Assembly (NCBI GenBank): GCA_001791795.1
Contig: MGFH01000246.1
Span: 958-64,957 of the forward strand
DNA length: 64,000 nucleotides
Origin: Candidatus Wallbacteria bacterium GWC2_49_35
Lineage (GTDB): Bacteria > Muiribacteriota > UBA9980
Reading direction: 5' to 3'
Shown: positions 34,914 to 46,491 of the stretch, piece by piece
How the letters are laid out: every line of letters starts with the position of its first letter
Numbering within the stretch: position 1 is the first letter of the stretch
Notes under the pieces: model-generated
Database searches by the model: none
The model's input: only the letters and a program-made list of their open reading frames with translations
What the model was told of the DNA's origin: nothing
Program-made: the position numbers and the translations under genes

Positions 34914-37100
34914 ATGATTATGATAATTAACTTCTTCAAGAGCTCCTTTTTCAAACACATGCTCTGTCTGCCGGCGGTTATACTTATTTCCTTTTTTTTA
35001 TTCCGGACGCCCGCCACGGCCCAGAGCGAAGCTGCATCTTCTTCGTCCGCATACCCCGTATCGGTCTGCGATTCAAGCGAACTCGTCAACGACGCGCGTA
35101 ATTTCTTCAGGCAGAAAGATTATCTGAACGTCATAAACCGCCTCGAATCAGTCATGTACATAGAAAAGAACCTGTCCGCCGATTTGAAAGATATGCTGAC
35201 GGAGGCGCTCGCCAAACAGATCGAAAGCGAGCTGGCGAAATCCGATTATAAAAACGCCGCTTCATATAACATAAAAATATTGTCGCTGAAGGAAAATTTC
35301 GATTTCGTCTGGCTCAATAAACTTCTCAATATTTACATGCTTTCAGCAAATTACCGAAAAACCCACGAACTCTGCCTTGAAATACTTAAAAAGCAGGGGC
35401 TTCTGGCGCTGGACAATCAGTCGCTGGCTAAAATATACGGAAAACTTTCCGTGGTTTACGCTACTTTCCGCGACAGCGCGAAATCTTTCGAATCTCTTAT
35501 AGAGGCGGCTTTAAAAGACGGCGACGTTAAAACCATAAATTCGTACACCACGCTCATCTTTCCGGCCCATCTCGACGCGAAACTTTTATTCGACCACGCC
35601 GTCGCGCTCGCCGATAAAAAAATGGCGAAAGAAGCCTACATCGCGGCCTACCTCTATAAGCGCTCAGCCGAAAAACCCGACGCGCGCGCCGAAGAACTGC
35701 TGGCGGCGCTTCTGAAAAAAGACCCTTCACTGAAAAACACCTTTACCGAATCGACTCCTTCGTCTCCCGCTGCGGCCACTTCCGAAATAACTTCCGCCGG
35801 CGTCTGGCGCAGCGAAGGCGACACCTCGATGGTTGTTCTTTCGAACGTTCCCGCGAAACTCAAAAATGATCCCTCCGTCAGCGGAAGAACCGGACGCTCT
35901 TCAAGGCAGGCCGGAAGCGATCTCGACATGGCGCTTCTGCGCGCCGACGAGCTGTTCGAAAGCCAGAAATACGAAGATGCCATCGCCGAATACGAAAAAG
36001 CCAAACCGCTCGCCGGCGAAGACATGAAAAAAGATATCGACCGCAAAATATTTTCCGCATACTGGCATTCGAAAGAAGACTACATCAAGTTCGCCGCATA
36101 TTCAATTATACTTATAGTGCTGGCGATCCTCTTTTATTATTTCAACCCGATGAGTTTTTTCAACAAAGAGCAGTACAGCCTCATAAGCGTCGCGAAAACC
36201 TTGAAATCAGGCATAGAGGCTATCGAAGCCAAAAAATACTCGAAGGCGATCGAAGATCTCGAAAAGCTCGTCGACATGAAGCTGTCCAATACCGAAACCG
36301 TGGCGCTGTTTTTAAACCTCGGCGTAGCGTACTACCACATAAATTCATACGCCAACGCGCTTATGGCGCTGAAAAAGGTTCTGCAGTACGATTACGAAAA
36401 TATCGACGCTTATAAATTCCTGGCCCGCATATATGTAAAGACCAAAGACCGCTCTTTCAAGGCGATCGAAGTATTCAGCTTCCTGATCAATAAAAAGATG
36501 GCCGATCTCGAAATGCTCAAAGCGGTGCTCAACCACAACGTCTCCCAGAACTCCGTGGACGAGTTCGGCGTCCAGATAGCCGGCGACATCCTCGCGGCCG
36601 ACCCTTCCAACGAAACGGCTGCGCGCTTTATCGTCAAATACTTCAATAAAGTGAAACGTTTCGACGACGAAGCCCTTAAATTCATGGAAAAATTTGTGGA
36701 ATCATACCCGCGCGACGTCGATTCACGTGTAATATACCTTGAAACCCTCTACAGACGAAAAGATTTCAAAAAGATCGTCAGCGAGTGCTCGGTGCTTTTC
36801 TCCTACGCCTGCGACAACATTCTGATCCACTCCATCTTCATCGATTCGATCGTCAACCTCAATAAGCCCCAGATGCTCGTCAGCGAGTATCAGAGGCTCG
36901 CGCACGAGAATCCGGGTTCTATAATCGTCAATTTTATTTCCCAGTCGCTGAATTCGATTATCGTCGACAAAAAGCGCATGCCGCAGGTCGAATACGCGCT
37001 CGCGGTAAGGGTCAACTTCAGCGTGTGCAATAAATGTTTCCATCTTAACCTTAACGAATTCAATAACTGCCAAAGATGCGGGAGTGCTTTAAAAATATGA
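34914..37100 (+). CDS. Membrane protein with TPR-like repeats, a mid-protein TM helix and a C-terminal zinc ribbon
   Basis: Signal/TM region MLCLPAVILISFFLFRTPATAQS. TM AAYSIILIVLAILFYYF. C-terminal CNKC...CQRCGSAL. Start uncertain (signal peptide may begin at ~34956). Confidence 0.55.
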   Translation: MIMIINFFKSSFFKHMLCLPAVILISFFLFRTPATAQSEAASSSSAYPVSVCDSSELVNDARNFFRQKDYLNVINRLESVMYIEKNLSADLKDMLTEALAKQIESELAKSDYKNAASYNIKILSLKENFDFVWLNKLLNIYMLSANYRKTHELCLEILKKQGLLALDNQSLAKIYGKLSVVYATFRDSAKSFESLIEAALKDGDVKTINSYTTLIFPAHLDAKLLFDHAVALADKKMAKEAYIAAYLYKRSAEKPDARAEELLAALLKKDPSLKNTFTESTPSSPAAATSEITSAGVWRSEGDTSMVVLSNVPAKLKNDPSVSGRTGRSSRQAGSDLDMALLRADELFESQKYEDAIAEYEKAKPLAGEDMKKDIDRKIFSAYWHSKEDYIKFAAYSIILIVLAILFYYFNPMSFFNKEQYSLISVAKTLKSGIEAIEAKKYSKAIEDLEKLVDMKLSNTETVALFLNLGVAYYHINSYANALMALKKVLQYDYENIDAYKFLARIYVKTKDRSFKAIEVFSFLINKKMADLEMLKAVLNHNVSQNSVDEFGVQIAGDILAADPSNETAARFIVKYFNKVKRFDDEALKFMEKFVESYPRDVDSRVIYLETLYRRKDFKKIVSECSVLFSYACDNILIHSIFIDSIVNLNKPQMLVSEYQRLAHENPGSIIVNFISQSLNSIIVDKKRMPQVEYALAVRVNFSVCNKCFHLNLNEFNNCQRCGSALKI

Positions 37101-38479
37101 GAGTACCAGATGTAATAATACTTTTATTGATCGGATTTATCCTTTTTCTGGTCAAAAAGATCTTCGAGCTCAGTAAAAAACACGACGAACTTTTCCTGCA
37201 GAACCAGAAATTCGCTTCGGAAGTCTACAAGATAAAGAACGAGGTCCGCGAAAAAACGACCGAAATGACCGCTAAAACTACGCAAAAAACGGTCAAGCAG
37301 TCGACGCTGTTCCTGAAGATAAAAAAAATAGTCTCGTCGCTCGATCCGCAGGACATCTGCTCGACGCTTTTCGAGCTGCTCGAAAAAGAGCTCGGCGCGA
37401 CCAAATCGTGCATACTTCTGGCTGAAACTAAAACCAAAATATTCCGCGTGCTTGCTTCGAAAGGCATGAACGGCGAAGAGGAACGCAAGATAGCGATAAC
37501 CAGCCACGAGCAAAGCCTGATCGGCCTCGCCATACGCTCGAACATGCTCATCGACATAAACAGCATCGAAAAAGAGCAGACCTTCAGCGCGCTCATCGGG
37601 CGCGGCCAGCTCAAAACCTTCATGGCCGCCCCGGTACATTACTCCAAGACCGGCGAGATCATGGGTATCCTCAATATATGCGAAATGGAATCCATCAACT
37701 ACACCAGCGACGAAAAGAACCTTTTCAACATGGTCGCATCAATTTTAGAAGTCGCGCTCAACAACTCCCTGCTCTACGAAAACCAGCTCGAAGAAAGCGA
37801 AAAACGCGCGCTCGAAACCGAAAAGATAAAAGAAATATTCGGTAAATACGTCTCGTCGCAGATAATGGACGAAATACTCAACTCGCCCGAATCGCTCGAA
37901 CTCGGCGGAAGCAACCGCAGAATAACAATCCTGGCCTCCGACATAAGAGGCTTCACCAAACTTTCTGAAATGCTCAATCCCCAGGAAATGGTCGCGATGT
38001 TAAACGATTACTTTTCAGTAATGACCGAGATCGTCAACATGAACCACGGCACGGTCGATAAATTTATCGGCGACGCCATGATGGTGCTTTTCGGAGCACC
38101 GGTCGCCACCGAGAACGACGTCTTCAATTCCGTAAGGACGGCGCTTGAAATGCAGGACGCCATAAAGGTGTTCGAGGACAAATGGCGCGACATCCGCGGC
38201 GAGAACTGGTCCTTCAATATAGGCATCGGCATCAGCAACGGCGAAGTGGTCGTGGGCAACATCGGCTCGAATACGCGCATGGAATACACCGCCATCGGCG
38301 ATAACGTCAACGTGGCCTTCAGACTCGAATCGATCGCCCCGGGCGGCTCGGTGCTCATAACCGAATCGGTGTTCTGCGAAATAAAAGACAAGATCACCGT
38401 CGAAAAGATGCAGCCAGTCACCGTCAAGGGCCGCGAGCAGCCCGTCCAGGTCTATAAGCTCCTCGGTCTCAGAACATAG
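37097..38479 (+). CDS. Membrane-anchored class III adenylate/guanylate cyclase with GAF domain
   Basis: ATGA overlap with the upstream gene. GGAG ~12 nt upstream. TM (VIILLLIGFILFLV). GAF region. Cyclase homology domain (CHD) motifs (ITILASDIRGFT, FIGDAMMVLFGAP, GIGISNGEVVVGNIGS). Confidence 0.85.
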   Translation: MRVPDVIILLLIGFILFLVKKIFELSKKHDELFLQNQKFASEVYKIKNEVREKTTEMTAKTTQKTVKQSTLFLKIKKIVSSLDPQDICSTLFELLEKELGATKSCILLAETKTKIFRVLASKGMNGEEERKIAITSHEQSLIGLAIRSNMLIDINSIEKEQTFSALIGRGQLKTFMAAPVHYSKTGEIMGILNICEMESINYTSDEKNLFNMVASILEVALNNSLLYENQLEESEKRALETEKIKEIFGKYVSSQIMDEILNSPESLELGGSNRRITILASDIRGFTKLSEMLNPQEMVAMLNDYFSVMTEIVNMNHGTVDKFIGDAMMVLFGAPVATENDVFNSVRTALEMQDAIKVFEDKWRDIRGENWSFNIGIGISNGEVVVGNIGSNTRMEYTAIGDNVNVAFRLESIAPGGSVLITESVFCEIKDKITVEKMQPVTVKGREQPVQVYKLLGLRT

Positions 38480-38561
38480 CGCGCGGGCTTGCCGTGGCCG
38501 CGCAACGGCATTCAGGGCAGTATGAAGTAAAAATATAAAGAAAAATTTAGCGAGGTACATT

Positions 38562-39776
38562 ATGAGTTCAAAACCCGGAATTTCGGCCAGAGATAAATCC
38601 ATGCAGGCTTCCCCCATCCGCAAGCTCGTCCCTCTCGCCAACGCGGCGAAAGAAAAAGGCGTTACGGTATATCATCTCAACATCGGCCAGCCCGATATTG
38701 AAACCCCGCACGAGATACTCGACGCGTTCAAAAAGATCGACGTTAAAACCATCGCCTATTCTCCATCACAGGGCGAATCGAAGTATCTGAACTCTTTAGT
38801 GAAATATTACGACAGGGTGGGCATAAAAGGGCTTAAAACCTCCGACATGGTCGTCACCATGGGCGGCTCCGAAGCGATACTCTTCGCCATGATGGCCATT
38901 TGCGATCCCGGCGACGAAATAATAGTTTTCGAGCCCTTCTACACCAACTACAACGGCTTCGCCGTCATGGCGAACGTGAACCTGGTGCCTATCCTGACGC
39001 ACGCCGACGACGGCTTCCACCTTCCTTCCGCTGAAAAGATCGAGGAAAAAATTACGTCGAAGACTCGGGGCGTCCTCATTTGCAACCCGAACAATCCCAC
39101 CGGCACGGTTTATAATGAAAAAGAACTCGATATGCTCGCCGATATATGCAAAAAACATAATTTATACTTGCTGAGCGACGAAGTTTACCGCGAGTTCGTT
39201 TACGACGGCAAAAAACATATCTCGGCGCTTTCGCTCGAGTCCGTCTCCGACCGCGTCATAATGATGGACTCCATCTCCAAGCGCTACAGCGCCTGCGGCG
39301 TCCGCATGGGCTGCGTGGTTTCACGTAACGCCGAACTGATGAACCTCATCGTCAGATTCGCGCAGGCGCGCCTTTCGTCGCCATACGCCGAACAGATGGT
39401 TTCCGCCGAAGCGGTCAACATATCGGACGCCGACATGAACAAGATGATCGACGAGTATAAAAAGCGCCGCGACATAGTTTACGAGGCGCTCGAAAGCAAC
39501 CCCGACATAATCTGCAAAAAACCCAGGGGCGCGTTTTACGTGATAGTGAAACTTCCTATAAAAGACGCCGATAAGTTCTCGTCATGGCTTCTGACCGACT
39601 TCCGCCACGACAATAAAACCGTTATGGTGGCCCCCGCTTCGGGCTTTTATGCCACCAGCGGCCAGGGCAAAGACGAAATCAGGCTCGCCTACGTCATCAA
39701 CCGCGACCATTTGAAAGACGCCATGAGCATACTTGCTATGGCGATAAAAGAATACCAGAAGATCGAAAAAAAATAA
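38562..39776 (+). CDS. PLP-dependent aminotransferase, class I (aspartate aminotransferase family)
   Basis: Motifs NPNNPTG and SISKRYSACGVRMG (PLP lysine). Ends with a fold-type I C-terminal domain. Confidence 0.85.
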   Translation: MSSKPGISARDKSMQASPIRKLVPLANAAKEKGVTVYHLNIGQPDIETPHEILDAFKKIDVKTIAYSPSQGESKYLNSLVKYYDRVGIKGLKTSDMVVTMGGSEAILFAMMAICDPGDEIIVFEPFYTNYNGFAVMANVNLVPILTHADDGFHLPSAEKIEEKITSKTRGVLICNPNNPTGTVYNEKELDMLADICKKHNLYLLSDEVYREFVYDGKKHISALSLESVSDRVIMMDSISKRYSACGVRMGCVVSRNAELMNLIVRFAQARLSSPYAEQMVSAEAVNISDADMNKMIDEYKKRRDIVYEALESNPDIICKKPRGAFYVIVKLPIKDADKFSSWLLTDFRHDNKTVMVAPASGFYATSGQGKDEIRLAYVINRDHLKDAMSILAMAIKEYQKIEKK

Positions 39777-39791
39777 CGGTTTCAGATTAAT

Positions 39792-40721
39792 ATGATAAAA
39801 ATTACGCCCGGCTTGTCACGCGCTCATAAACTTCGCCGAACTGGTTTCGGCGCGGCCATAATTTTACTTATACTGTTTTTAGCGTCCGCGGGAACGGCGT
39901 TTTCCGCCACCGCGGACATTTTTGAACAGACCGCGCCAGACGGTTTTAACGGTTATGACGATAACGGCGGCAGCAGGCGCGTGATCAAATTCAGCCGCGT
40001 CGTCGGAATGGTCTACGACATCAGATCGTCCCGCGGACTCAAAAACTGCGATATCAGGGTCGGAAAGATAAAGACCAGGACTGACACGAACGGCTATTTC
40101 GAGATCCCCTCGATGCTTTACGACGAATATATCATAACCGCCGTTCTTCCGCCTTACGAGCGCCACATCGACGTGGTAAAACTGAACTCGCCGCTGAAGG
40201 CTGTTAAAATATATCTGGAAATGCCGGAAGTTAAAATAAGCGAGACGAAAAAGGCGAACCTCGAATACGACAGGCTTCTGGCGCGAATAATGAAAGGCAG
40301 CGTCAACGAGATAAGCATAAACGGCGCCGGCGGCGGACAAAGCAAAAAAACTTCCTACTCGTCCAAATACGGCCGCAAGCAGATGATCGAAGAGGACGCG
40401 GGCGGCAGAAAATATTCAAAAAAATCGAGCGGCGAGGTTTCAAAGGTGCCGCATATCTCCACCGATAAAGGGTTCGGCCTTCTGATCTGTTCGGTCTTCG
40501 AATCGAGCGGCGCCGAAATCGAAGGCAACGCGCACATTCTGATCGCAACGCAGGCCATAGAAACACTTAAATCTCGTCCCGTCGAAATACACAACGTGCC
40601 CGTCGGCAGCTATAAGATCACCGTTAAATGCGAAGGCTACGCCGATAAAGTATACGATAAGGTGGCCGTGAAACCGGGCAAAAACGAAAGAAGTTTTTTC
40701 ATAGACAAGGCTAAAAAATAA
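39792..40721 (+). CDS. Secreted hypothetical protein with two carboxypeptidase-regulatory-like beta-sandwich segments
   Basis: Signal peptide (AAIILLILFLASAGTAFSA). Segments resembling CarbopepD_reg (GYFEIPSMLYDEYIITAV; HNVPVGSYKITVKCEGY). Confidence 0.5.
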   Translation: MIKITPGLSRAHKLRRTGFGAAIILLILFLASAGTAFSATADIFEQTAPDGFNGYDDNGGSRRVIKFSRVVGMVYDIRSSRGLKNCDIRVGKIKTRTDTNGYFEIPSMLYDEYIITAVLPPYERHIDVVKLNSPLKAVKIYLEMPEVKISETKKANLEYDRLLARIMKGSVNEISINGAGGGQSKKTSYSSKYGRKQMIEEDAGGRKYSKKSSGEVSKVPHISTDKGFGLLICSVFESSGAEIEGNAHILIATQAIETLKSRPVEIHNVPVGSYKITVKCEGYADKVYDKVAVKPGKNERSFFIDKAKK

Positions 40722-40792
40722 AATTCCTTCTTCTTTTTTTTCTTTTTATTTTGGTTTCTTTATTTCTTTTTATTTTTTATTTTATAATACTA

Positions 40793-43700
40793 TTACACCA
40801 TCAGCCGTTTAAACGCTTCTTCCGCTGCGTTAATGAAAGCGTCGCGTGCGCTCTTCAGTTCGGGCAGAAGGTTTTCGAGTGCCCTGTAGTCGCTTTCGGC
40901 GATCTTTTCCTCGATCAGCCTCGATATTTTCTGCAGCGAAAAAGCGAAAATATTTCCGGCGGCGCCTTTTAAATTATGCACCGCGAATTTAAGGTCTTCG
41001 TGTTTTTTTTCTTTGATAAGCCTTTCTATCTTATCAACCGTCATCGAGAAGGTCTCGCCGAATGTATCGATAACTTCCTTGAATATGGCCTTATCGCCTC
41101 CCACCGCGGCGAGGAATCCCATATAATCGAAAGCTGATTCCGTGTCTATGCGGATCGAGTTCGGGTCTCCAGGGGCGGCTTCGAGGGCGGCAGACGAGGC
41201 CGTGGCGTAGGACTTTTCGGGTGCCGCGTACTTCGCGAGCATATCGGTTATGACTGACGGTTGAAAAGGCTTGGACATATAATCGTTCATTCCAGCCTGA
41301 AGGCACTTTTCACGGTCGCCTTTAAGGGCGTTGGCTGTTATGGCCACTATCGGAACCGATCTATTCCCGCCCGAGGAAGACCTTATTTTTTTAGAGGCGG
41401 CGTAACCGTCGAGTACGGGCATCTGAATGTCCATAAATATCAGGTCGATATGTTTATTTTCGGATATGTCGACTGCTTCCTGGCCGTTTCGGGCGACGAC
41501 GATCTCGCCGACCGAATTTCTGGCAACCATTTCTTTTATAATTTTCAGGTTGATGTCGTTATCTTCGACAAGCAGGACGGTAGTTGCGGCGTACGGTCCA
41601 AGGACGGTTTTTCCGGCGTCCGCTGCGGCAGGCGGGCTTCCCGCGCGGACTGATCCGGCAGCGCCTTCACGGGCGATCCGGTCGAGGCCGCACAGCACTT
41701 TGAGCAGTTCGGCTTTTCTGACGGGCTTATTTATGAACGCCCCGACCGAAAGACGCTGAAACCGCGCGATCACCGGCATCATGTCACAAGCCGCGCTCAT
41801 GACGATTATCTTAACGCCGCTGAGTTTTTCGATCTGCCTCATCTTTTCGACCAGCGCCATGCCGTCCAGGAAGGGCATTTTATAGTCGATTATGGCCGCT
41901 TCGAAAGGAGCGTCGGTCTTCGACGCCGCCGATAGTTTTTCCAGGGCGTCCAGGGCATTACTGGCGCATACTATATCCGCGCCGGAAACTGAGGCCGCCA
42001 TGTTATTTAAAATTCTGGCATTTTCAGCGTTGTCGTCGACTATAAGCATTTTCTTTATGTGAGCCAGGCACGGTTCGACGCGGTCTGCCTCCGCCGGCTC
42101 TTCCGAGAAGGAAGCCGGCAGGCTGAGCGTAAAAACGCTGCCTTCGCCCGGCGAGCTTTTAACCGTGAGATCGCCGTCCATGGCGTGGGCCAGGTGTTTG
42201 GATATGGCCAGCCCCAGGCCGCTTCCGCCGTACTGCCTCACGATGGAGCTATCGGCCTGTTTAAAACCCTCGAAAATATAATTGAGTTTTTCAGCGGGTA
42301 TTCCAATGCCGGTGTCGCTTACGCTGACGTTTAAAATTTCGTCCGGGCCTTTTCCGGAAGGATTTTTCGACCTGGATACGTTGATCTTTATTTCACCTTT
42401 GGAAGTGAATTTTATGGCGTTGCTCACCAGGTTTATTATTATCTGCCTGATACGGTAGGGATCGCCGTTTATGAACTCGCCCAGGCCTTCGGCGTACTCG
42501 CACATGAGTTCGACGTTTTTCTGAAAAGCCTTGGCAGCTATAACGTTAACCGCGCAGTCGACGGTTTCATGAAGGTTCATCCGGATATTTTCGGTGGTCA
42601 GATTGCCCGACTCGATCTTTGAATAGTCGAGGATGTCGTTTATAACGTTCAAAAGGGCCTCGGCCGAAGACTTTATGTCGTTGAAATATTCCTTCTCACT
42701 GCCGCTGAGATCGCCCGTCAGCGCGAGTTCGCTCATACCGAGAATGCCGTTCATCGGCGTCCTTATTTCATGGCTCATCGTCGCCAGGAACTCGCTTTTC
42801 GCCCGGTTCGCGAGTTCGGCCACCGTAAGGGCTTTCAGCAGATCGCGTTCGGTGCGCTTCCTTTCTTTTATCTCTTCCTGAAGGCGGCTGTTGGCCGATA
42901 CGAACTCTTTAGTGCGCTCGAAGACCATTTCCTCGAGGCGTTCCTTGTGTTTTTTAAGTTCCGCTTCCGCGTTCATTCGCGTCAGTATCTCCTGGTGGAG
43001 TTCGTTATTGGCGGCCACCAGTTCGTGGGTGCGTTCCATTACCCTCGATTCGAGGCGTTCGTTCATCTTTTTGAGTATATTCTGGACGTTTTTCAGCTCG
43101 CTTATGTCGCGGAGGCTCGAAATGCTGTAGACGATATTTCCGTTCAGGTCGTAAATGTTGGAGGCGTTAAGCAGCGCTTTAATGACCGCGCCATCTTTTC
43201 TTACCGCTTCGAGTTCATAATCGCTGAGCGTACCGGTCCTGAGAAGTATTTTCAGCCCCGCGGAAAACCTTTCCCTGTCGGACGCGCTGAAAATTTCGTC
43301 GATCTTTTTTGTGACCACTTCGACCTCTTCATAGCCGAACGTGTTTAAAAATGCTTTATTGCACCTTATAATTTCGCCGTTTATGAAATCCGCCATGAAA
43401 AGCATGTCCGGCGAATTATCGTAAAGTTCCCGATATAATTTTTCGGATCTCTCCAGTTTTTTTTCGAGCTGATTGCGGCCTATGATGGTTTCGAGCGTGG
43501 TGTAAAGTATGGTTTCATTAACGGGTTTGATTATATAGCCGCAGGGAACGACCTTTCTGGCGCGCTTAAAATAGTCCGCCGAAGCGTGCGAAGTTAAAAA
43601 TACGATAGGGATATTCTCGCGTTCTTTTATCATCATCGAGGCTTCGATGCCGTCCATTTCGCCGGAAAGGATTATATCCATGAGCACCAGGTCCGGTTTT

Positions 43701-43846
43701 TTCTCGGAGGCGATAAGTATCGCGTCCTCGCCGTTTTCGACCGGAGCGAGAACGTCGTATCCCATTTTTTTCAGCGATAAGCATAAAAAATCGCTCATCG
43801 GTTTGTCGTCTTCGACGACCATGATCTTAAATTTCTTCATAACCAT
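40793..43846 (-). CDS. Hybrid sensor histidine kinase: N-terminal receiver, PAS domains, HisKA, HATPase, two receivers, C-terminal Hpt
   Basis: Receiver ([10 protein letters not shown]...[14 protein letters not shown]). H-box [14 protein letters not shown]. ATPase GGSGLGL. Receivers ([10 protein letters not shown]; [10 protein letters not shown]...[11 protein letters not shown]). Hpt [10 protein letters not shown]. Confidence 0.85.
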   Translation of the reverse strand: MVMKKFKIMVVEDDKPMSDFLCLSLKKMGYDVLAPVENGEDAILIASEKKPDLVLMDIILSGEMDGIEASMMIKERENIPIVFLTSHASADYFKRARKVVPCGYIIKPVNETILYTTLETIIGRNQLEKKLERSEKLYRELYDNSPDMLFMADFINGEIIRCNKAFLNTFGYEEVEVVTKKIDEIFSASDRERFSAGLKILLRTGTLSDYELEAVRKDGAVIKALLNASNIYDLNGNIVYSISSLRDISELKNVQNILKKMNERLESRVMERTHELVAANNELHQEILTRMNAEAELKKHKERLEEMVFERTKEFVSANSRLQEEIKERKRTERDLLKALTVAELANRAKSEFLATMSHEIRTPMNGILGMSELALTGDLSGSEKEYFNDIKSSAEALLNVINDILDYSKIESGNLTTENIRMNLHETVDCAVNVIAAKAFQKNVELMCEYAEGLGEFINGDPYRIRQIIINLVSNAIKFTSKGEIKINVSRSKNPSGKGPDEILNVSVSDTGIGIPAEKLNYIFEGFKQADSSIVRQYGGSGLGLAISKHLAHAMDGDLTVKSSPGEGSVFTLSLPASFSEEPAEADRVEPCLAHIKKMLIVDDNAENARILNNMAASVSGADIVCASNALDALEKLSAASKTDAPFEAAIIDYKMPFLDGMALVEKMRQIEKLSGVKIIVMSAACDMMPVIARFQRLSVGAFINKPVRKAELLKVLCGLDRIAREGAAGSVRAGSPPAAADAGKTVLGPYAATTVLLVEDNDINLKIIKEMVARNSVGEIVVARNGQEAVDISENKHIDLIFMDIQMPVLDGYAASKKIRSSSGGNRSVPIVAITANALKGDREKCLQAGMNDYMSKPFQPSVITDMLAKYAAPEKSYATASSAALEAAPGDPNSIRIDTESAFDYMGFLAAVGGDKAIFKEVIDTFGETFSMTVDKIERLIKEKKHEDLKFAVHNLKGAAGNIFAFSLQKISRLIEEKIAESDYRALENLLPELKSARDAFINAAEEAFKRLMV

Positions 43847-43916
43847 CCGCCAGTAAAAATTTGTTTTTCTTAACGGCCGCGGATATTCGAGCTCGCGGCA
43901 GTGGGAAGCTAATCCG

Positions 43917-45482
43917 TCACTTTATCAGTTTTATGCGTTCATCGGCCGGGGGCTTTATACTGCCGGTCTTTTCGATGTAACCGGCGAACATATCCCTGAT
44001 ATTGCCGCCGAGTTCGTCACGGCCGCAGACCTCTTTGAACATTTCCGAGCCCATGAGGTTTCCCTGAGCTATATAAGAGGAGGTCGCTACTTTATAAGTG
44101 CGGCCGGCCTCAACGGGCATGCCTTTTACCTTGACATCAAAGGCTTTGCGTTTTTTCATATCGATAGTGAACGAGATGCCGCCGTATTGAAAAGACTCGT
44201 TCTTTCCAAAATTAGCGGCTATGAAATCCATCATCCCGAGCAGCGCATCGCCTTTCATTTCAAAGACGGTAACGGTGTTATCGAACGGAATTATTCTGTA
44301 GACCGTTTCTATGGTGATATCGCCCTTCGGCAGGCGGTCGCGCAGCATGGTCGAGTTGGAGAAAAAGACGTCGGAGCCGGCGGCCGAGTTGACGGCGTCG
44401 CAGACCAGCCGGCCGAGAGGATGGTCGGTCGCGTTAAACATATCAGCTACGAAATTACTCATTTCGGCTTCACAAACGCCTATTTTGCGCGATATCTCCT
44501 TCTTCATGGCGTTTTCGTAACGACTGAGGCTGGCGTGAAGCGCCGACCTTTTATTTATCCTGATCCCGCCGTCGATCAGCTTCAGCCCGCCGTCATATCT
44601 GACGGGCCTGTTTGCGCCGTCGAGATAAATATCGAGGCGGCCGGCGTAAACGCCGTTCTCGAAAGCCTGCGTTATGGCTGTGCTGCCGGTACGACCGGCA
44701 GTTTTTTTAACGACGAGCGGCTTATCGAGTTTGGTGTGCGTATGCGAGCCTATGATCACATCGACGCGCGGAAGCGCCTCCGCGAGACGCAGGTCGGCCT
44801 CGTGCCCGGAATGCGACAATAAGACTATCAAATCGACGCTTTTATCGAGCGTGGCGCAAAGCTTTTCGAGCAGCCTGACTTCGTCGGCGTAAAGAACGCC
44901 TTTTTTTAACTGGTTCGAGACGGCCGCCCACGAATCTTTTCCCATGATACCGATCACGGCCGTTTTGACGCCGCCGATCTCGACGATCTTGAAAGGCGCG
45001 AAAAGAGGCTTTAAGGTGTCCGAATCGAAAAGATTCGCGCAGACCAATCTAAGGCCGGATCTTTCGGCCTGAAGTTTCAGGTTGTCCAGACCGTTGTCAA
45101 ATTCATGGTTTCCGACCGCCGCAAGATCGTATCCGGCCAGGGCGAATGAGTTGAATTCCGCCTCGCCCTTGAAGAAATTGTAAAAAGGCGTCCCCTGGCA
45201 AAGGTCTCCGGCGTCAACGATCAAAACGCCCGGCTCCCGTTTTTTTACGCTTCGAAAATATTCGGCGCGGCGCTCTATACCGCCGACGGATTTTCCGACG
45301 TCCGGCCTTTCGAAAGGAAGAAGCCGCGAGTGCGTGTCGTTGGTGTAAAGAATGGTTATCTTCTTAAGTTCCTGCGCGCGGCACGGCGCCGCGATGCAGG
45401 TAACAACGAATAACGCCGCCATGACGGCCGCGAGTAAAGATATCTTTGTGAAATATTTTTTTCCGTTCTTCATGCAGGGCAT
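43917..45482 (-). CDS. Secreted bifunctional metallophosphatase/5'-nucleotidase (UshA family)
   Basis: Signal peptide. Calcineurin-like phosphoesterase motifs ([26 protein letters not shown]). C-terminal 5'-nucleotidase domain. Confidence 0.8.
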   Translation of the reverse strand: MPCMKNGKKYFTKISLLAAVMAALFVVTCIAAPCRAQELKKITILYTNDTHSRLLPFERPDVGKSVGGIERRAEYFRSVKKREPGVLIVDAGDLCQGTPFYNFFKGEAEFNSFALAGYDLAAVGNHEFDNGLDNLKLQAERSGLRLVCANLFDSDTLKPLFAPFKIVEIGGVKTAVIGIMGKDSWAAVSNQLKKGVLYADEVRLLEKLCATLDKSVDLIVLLSHSGHEADLRLAEALPRVDVIIGSHTHTKLDKPLVVKKTAGRTGSTAITQAFENGVYAGRLDIYLDGANRPVRYDGGLKLIDGGIRINKRSALHASLSRYENAMKKEISRKIGVCEAEMSNFVADMFNATDHPLGRLVCDAVNSAAGSDVFFSNSTMLRDRLPKGDITIETVYRIIPFDNTVTVFEMKGDALLGMMDFIAANFGKNESFQYGGISFTIDMKKRKAFDVKVKGMPVEAGRTYKVATSSYIAQGNLMGSEMFKEVCGRDELGGNIRDMFAGYIEKTGSIKPPADERIKLIK

Positions 45483-45548
45483 AAAAATTCCCCTTTTTCA
45501 TTATTTTTCAGCTGGTGCGAAAGCGCTTTTTCCCAGCGCAAGGCCGCG

Positions 45549-46472
45549 CTATTTTCCGAGCCTGGTGAGCTCCATTGCAAGTTTCGCACCAAGGTCGGCG
45601 TTGCTTTTTATAAGCGCGATGTTGGCCTTCAGCGTCTTGCCCGCGCTTATCTTATGGAGTTTTTCAAGAATGTAAGGCGTATATTTCGGCCCTTCTATAT
45701 CCTTTTCGTCCGCCTGGCTGATAATCTCATCTACCAGCATGCTAATTTTATTGGAATTGATCTCGTCCTTCGCGGGTATGGGATTGGCTATCAGAAGCCC
45801 TGATTTAGCGAATTTAAAGTTTATGTCCACTATCTTAGCGAGTTTTTCGATGGAATCGACGCGCGAGAATATCTTGTGGCCTGACCTGCGGCTGTAAAAC
45901 GAAGGCATCTCTCCAAATTTATAACCTATGACCGGCACTCCGCAGGTTTCGAGGTACTCCAGCGTCAGCTTGATGTCGAGTATCGACTTAACGCCCGATG
46001 ATATCACCGCCACTTTGGACTTTTCGAATTCCTTGAGGTCGGCGGAAATATCGAAGGACTCCGAACCGCCGCGGTGCACTCCGCCGATCCCGCCGGTGAC
46101 GAAAACTTTTATGCCGCAGGCGTCGCAAGCCATCATGGTAGCGGCTACCGTCGTGACGCCGTTTTTGCCCGAGCCGAGAACGTTCGAAAAATTATGGCGC
46201 GACACTTTTTCAATGCGGGACTTATTTTCAGGATCGGCTATGAATTTAAGCAGTTTTTTATCCGCGCCCACCATTATCTTTCCGTCGATAACGCTAATGG
46301 TGGCCGGCGTCACATTATTTTTGCGGGCGATGGCCTCGACCTCCCCGGCCGTTTTTAAATTTTGAGGATAGGGAAGGCCGTAGGTCACTATGGTGGACTC
46401 GAAAGCGACAACGGGCCGGCCGCCGGCGAGCGCTTCCTTCACTTCTTTTGTCATAACGATATGATTTTTCAT
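45549..46472 (-). CDS. psuG: Pseudouridine-5'-phosphate glycosidase
   Basis: Strong full-length similarity to YeiN/PsuG (VALESTIV..GLPYPQN, GKNGVTTVAATM, FVTGGIGGVHRG, FDISADL, ANPIP). Confidence 0.85.
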   Translation of the reverse strand: MKNHIVMTKEVKEALAGGRPVVAFESTIVTYGLPYPQNLKTAGEVEAIARKNNVTPATISVIDGKIMVGADKKLLKFIADPENKSRIEKVSRHNFSNVLGSGKNGVTTVAATMMACDACGIKVFVTGGIGGVHRGGSESFDISADLKEFEKSKVAVISSGVKSILDIKLTLEYLETCGVPVIGYKFGEMPSFYSRRSGHKIFSRVDSIEKLAKIVDINFKFAKSGLLIANPIPAKDEINSNKISMLVDEIISQADEKDIEGPKYTPYILEKLHKISAGKTLKANIALIKSNADLGAKLAMELTRLGK

Positions 46473-46491
46473 GCTTTACCGCCTTTGCATA

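Noticed and set aside
32146-38479. Pycsar-like defence system (2TM effector + class III cyclase)
   Set aside because: The cyclase is 4.4 kb away and separated by three unrelated genes. It has a TM-GAF-CHD signalling architecture typical of regulatory adenylate cyclases, and it is translationally coupled to a TPR membrane protein instead. Pycsar pairs are adjacent. Retained only as a weak note on the 2TM protein.
38480-38561. GC-rich imperfect palindrome (gcgcgggcttgccgtggccgcgc) after the cyclase gene
   Set aside because: Only a 6-bp stem with an 11-nt loop and no following T-run. Insufficient for a terminator call.
43847-43916. Short palindrome ccgcggatattcgagctcgcgg between the nucleotidase and hybrid kinase genes
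   Set aside because: Stem of 5-6 bp, no U-tract on the transcribed strand. Not convincing as terminator or operator.
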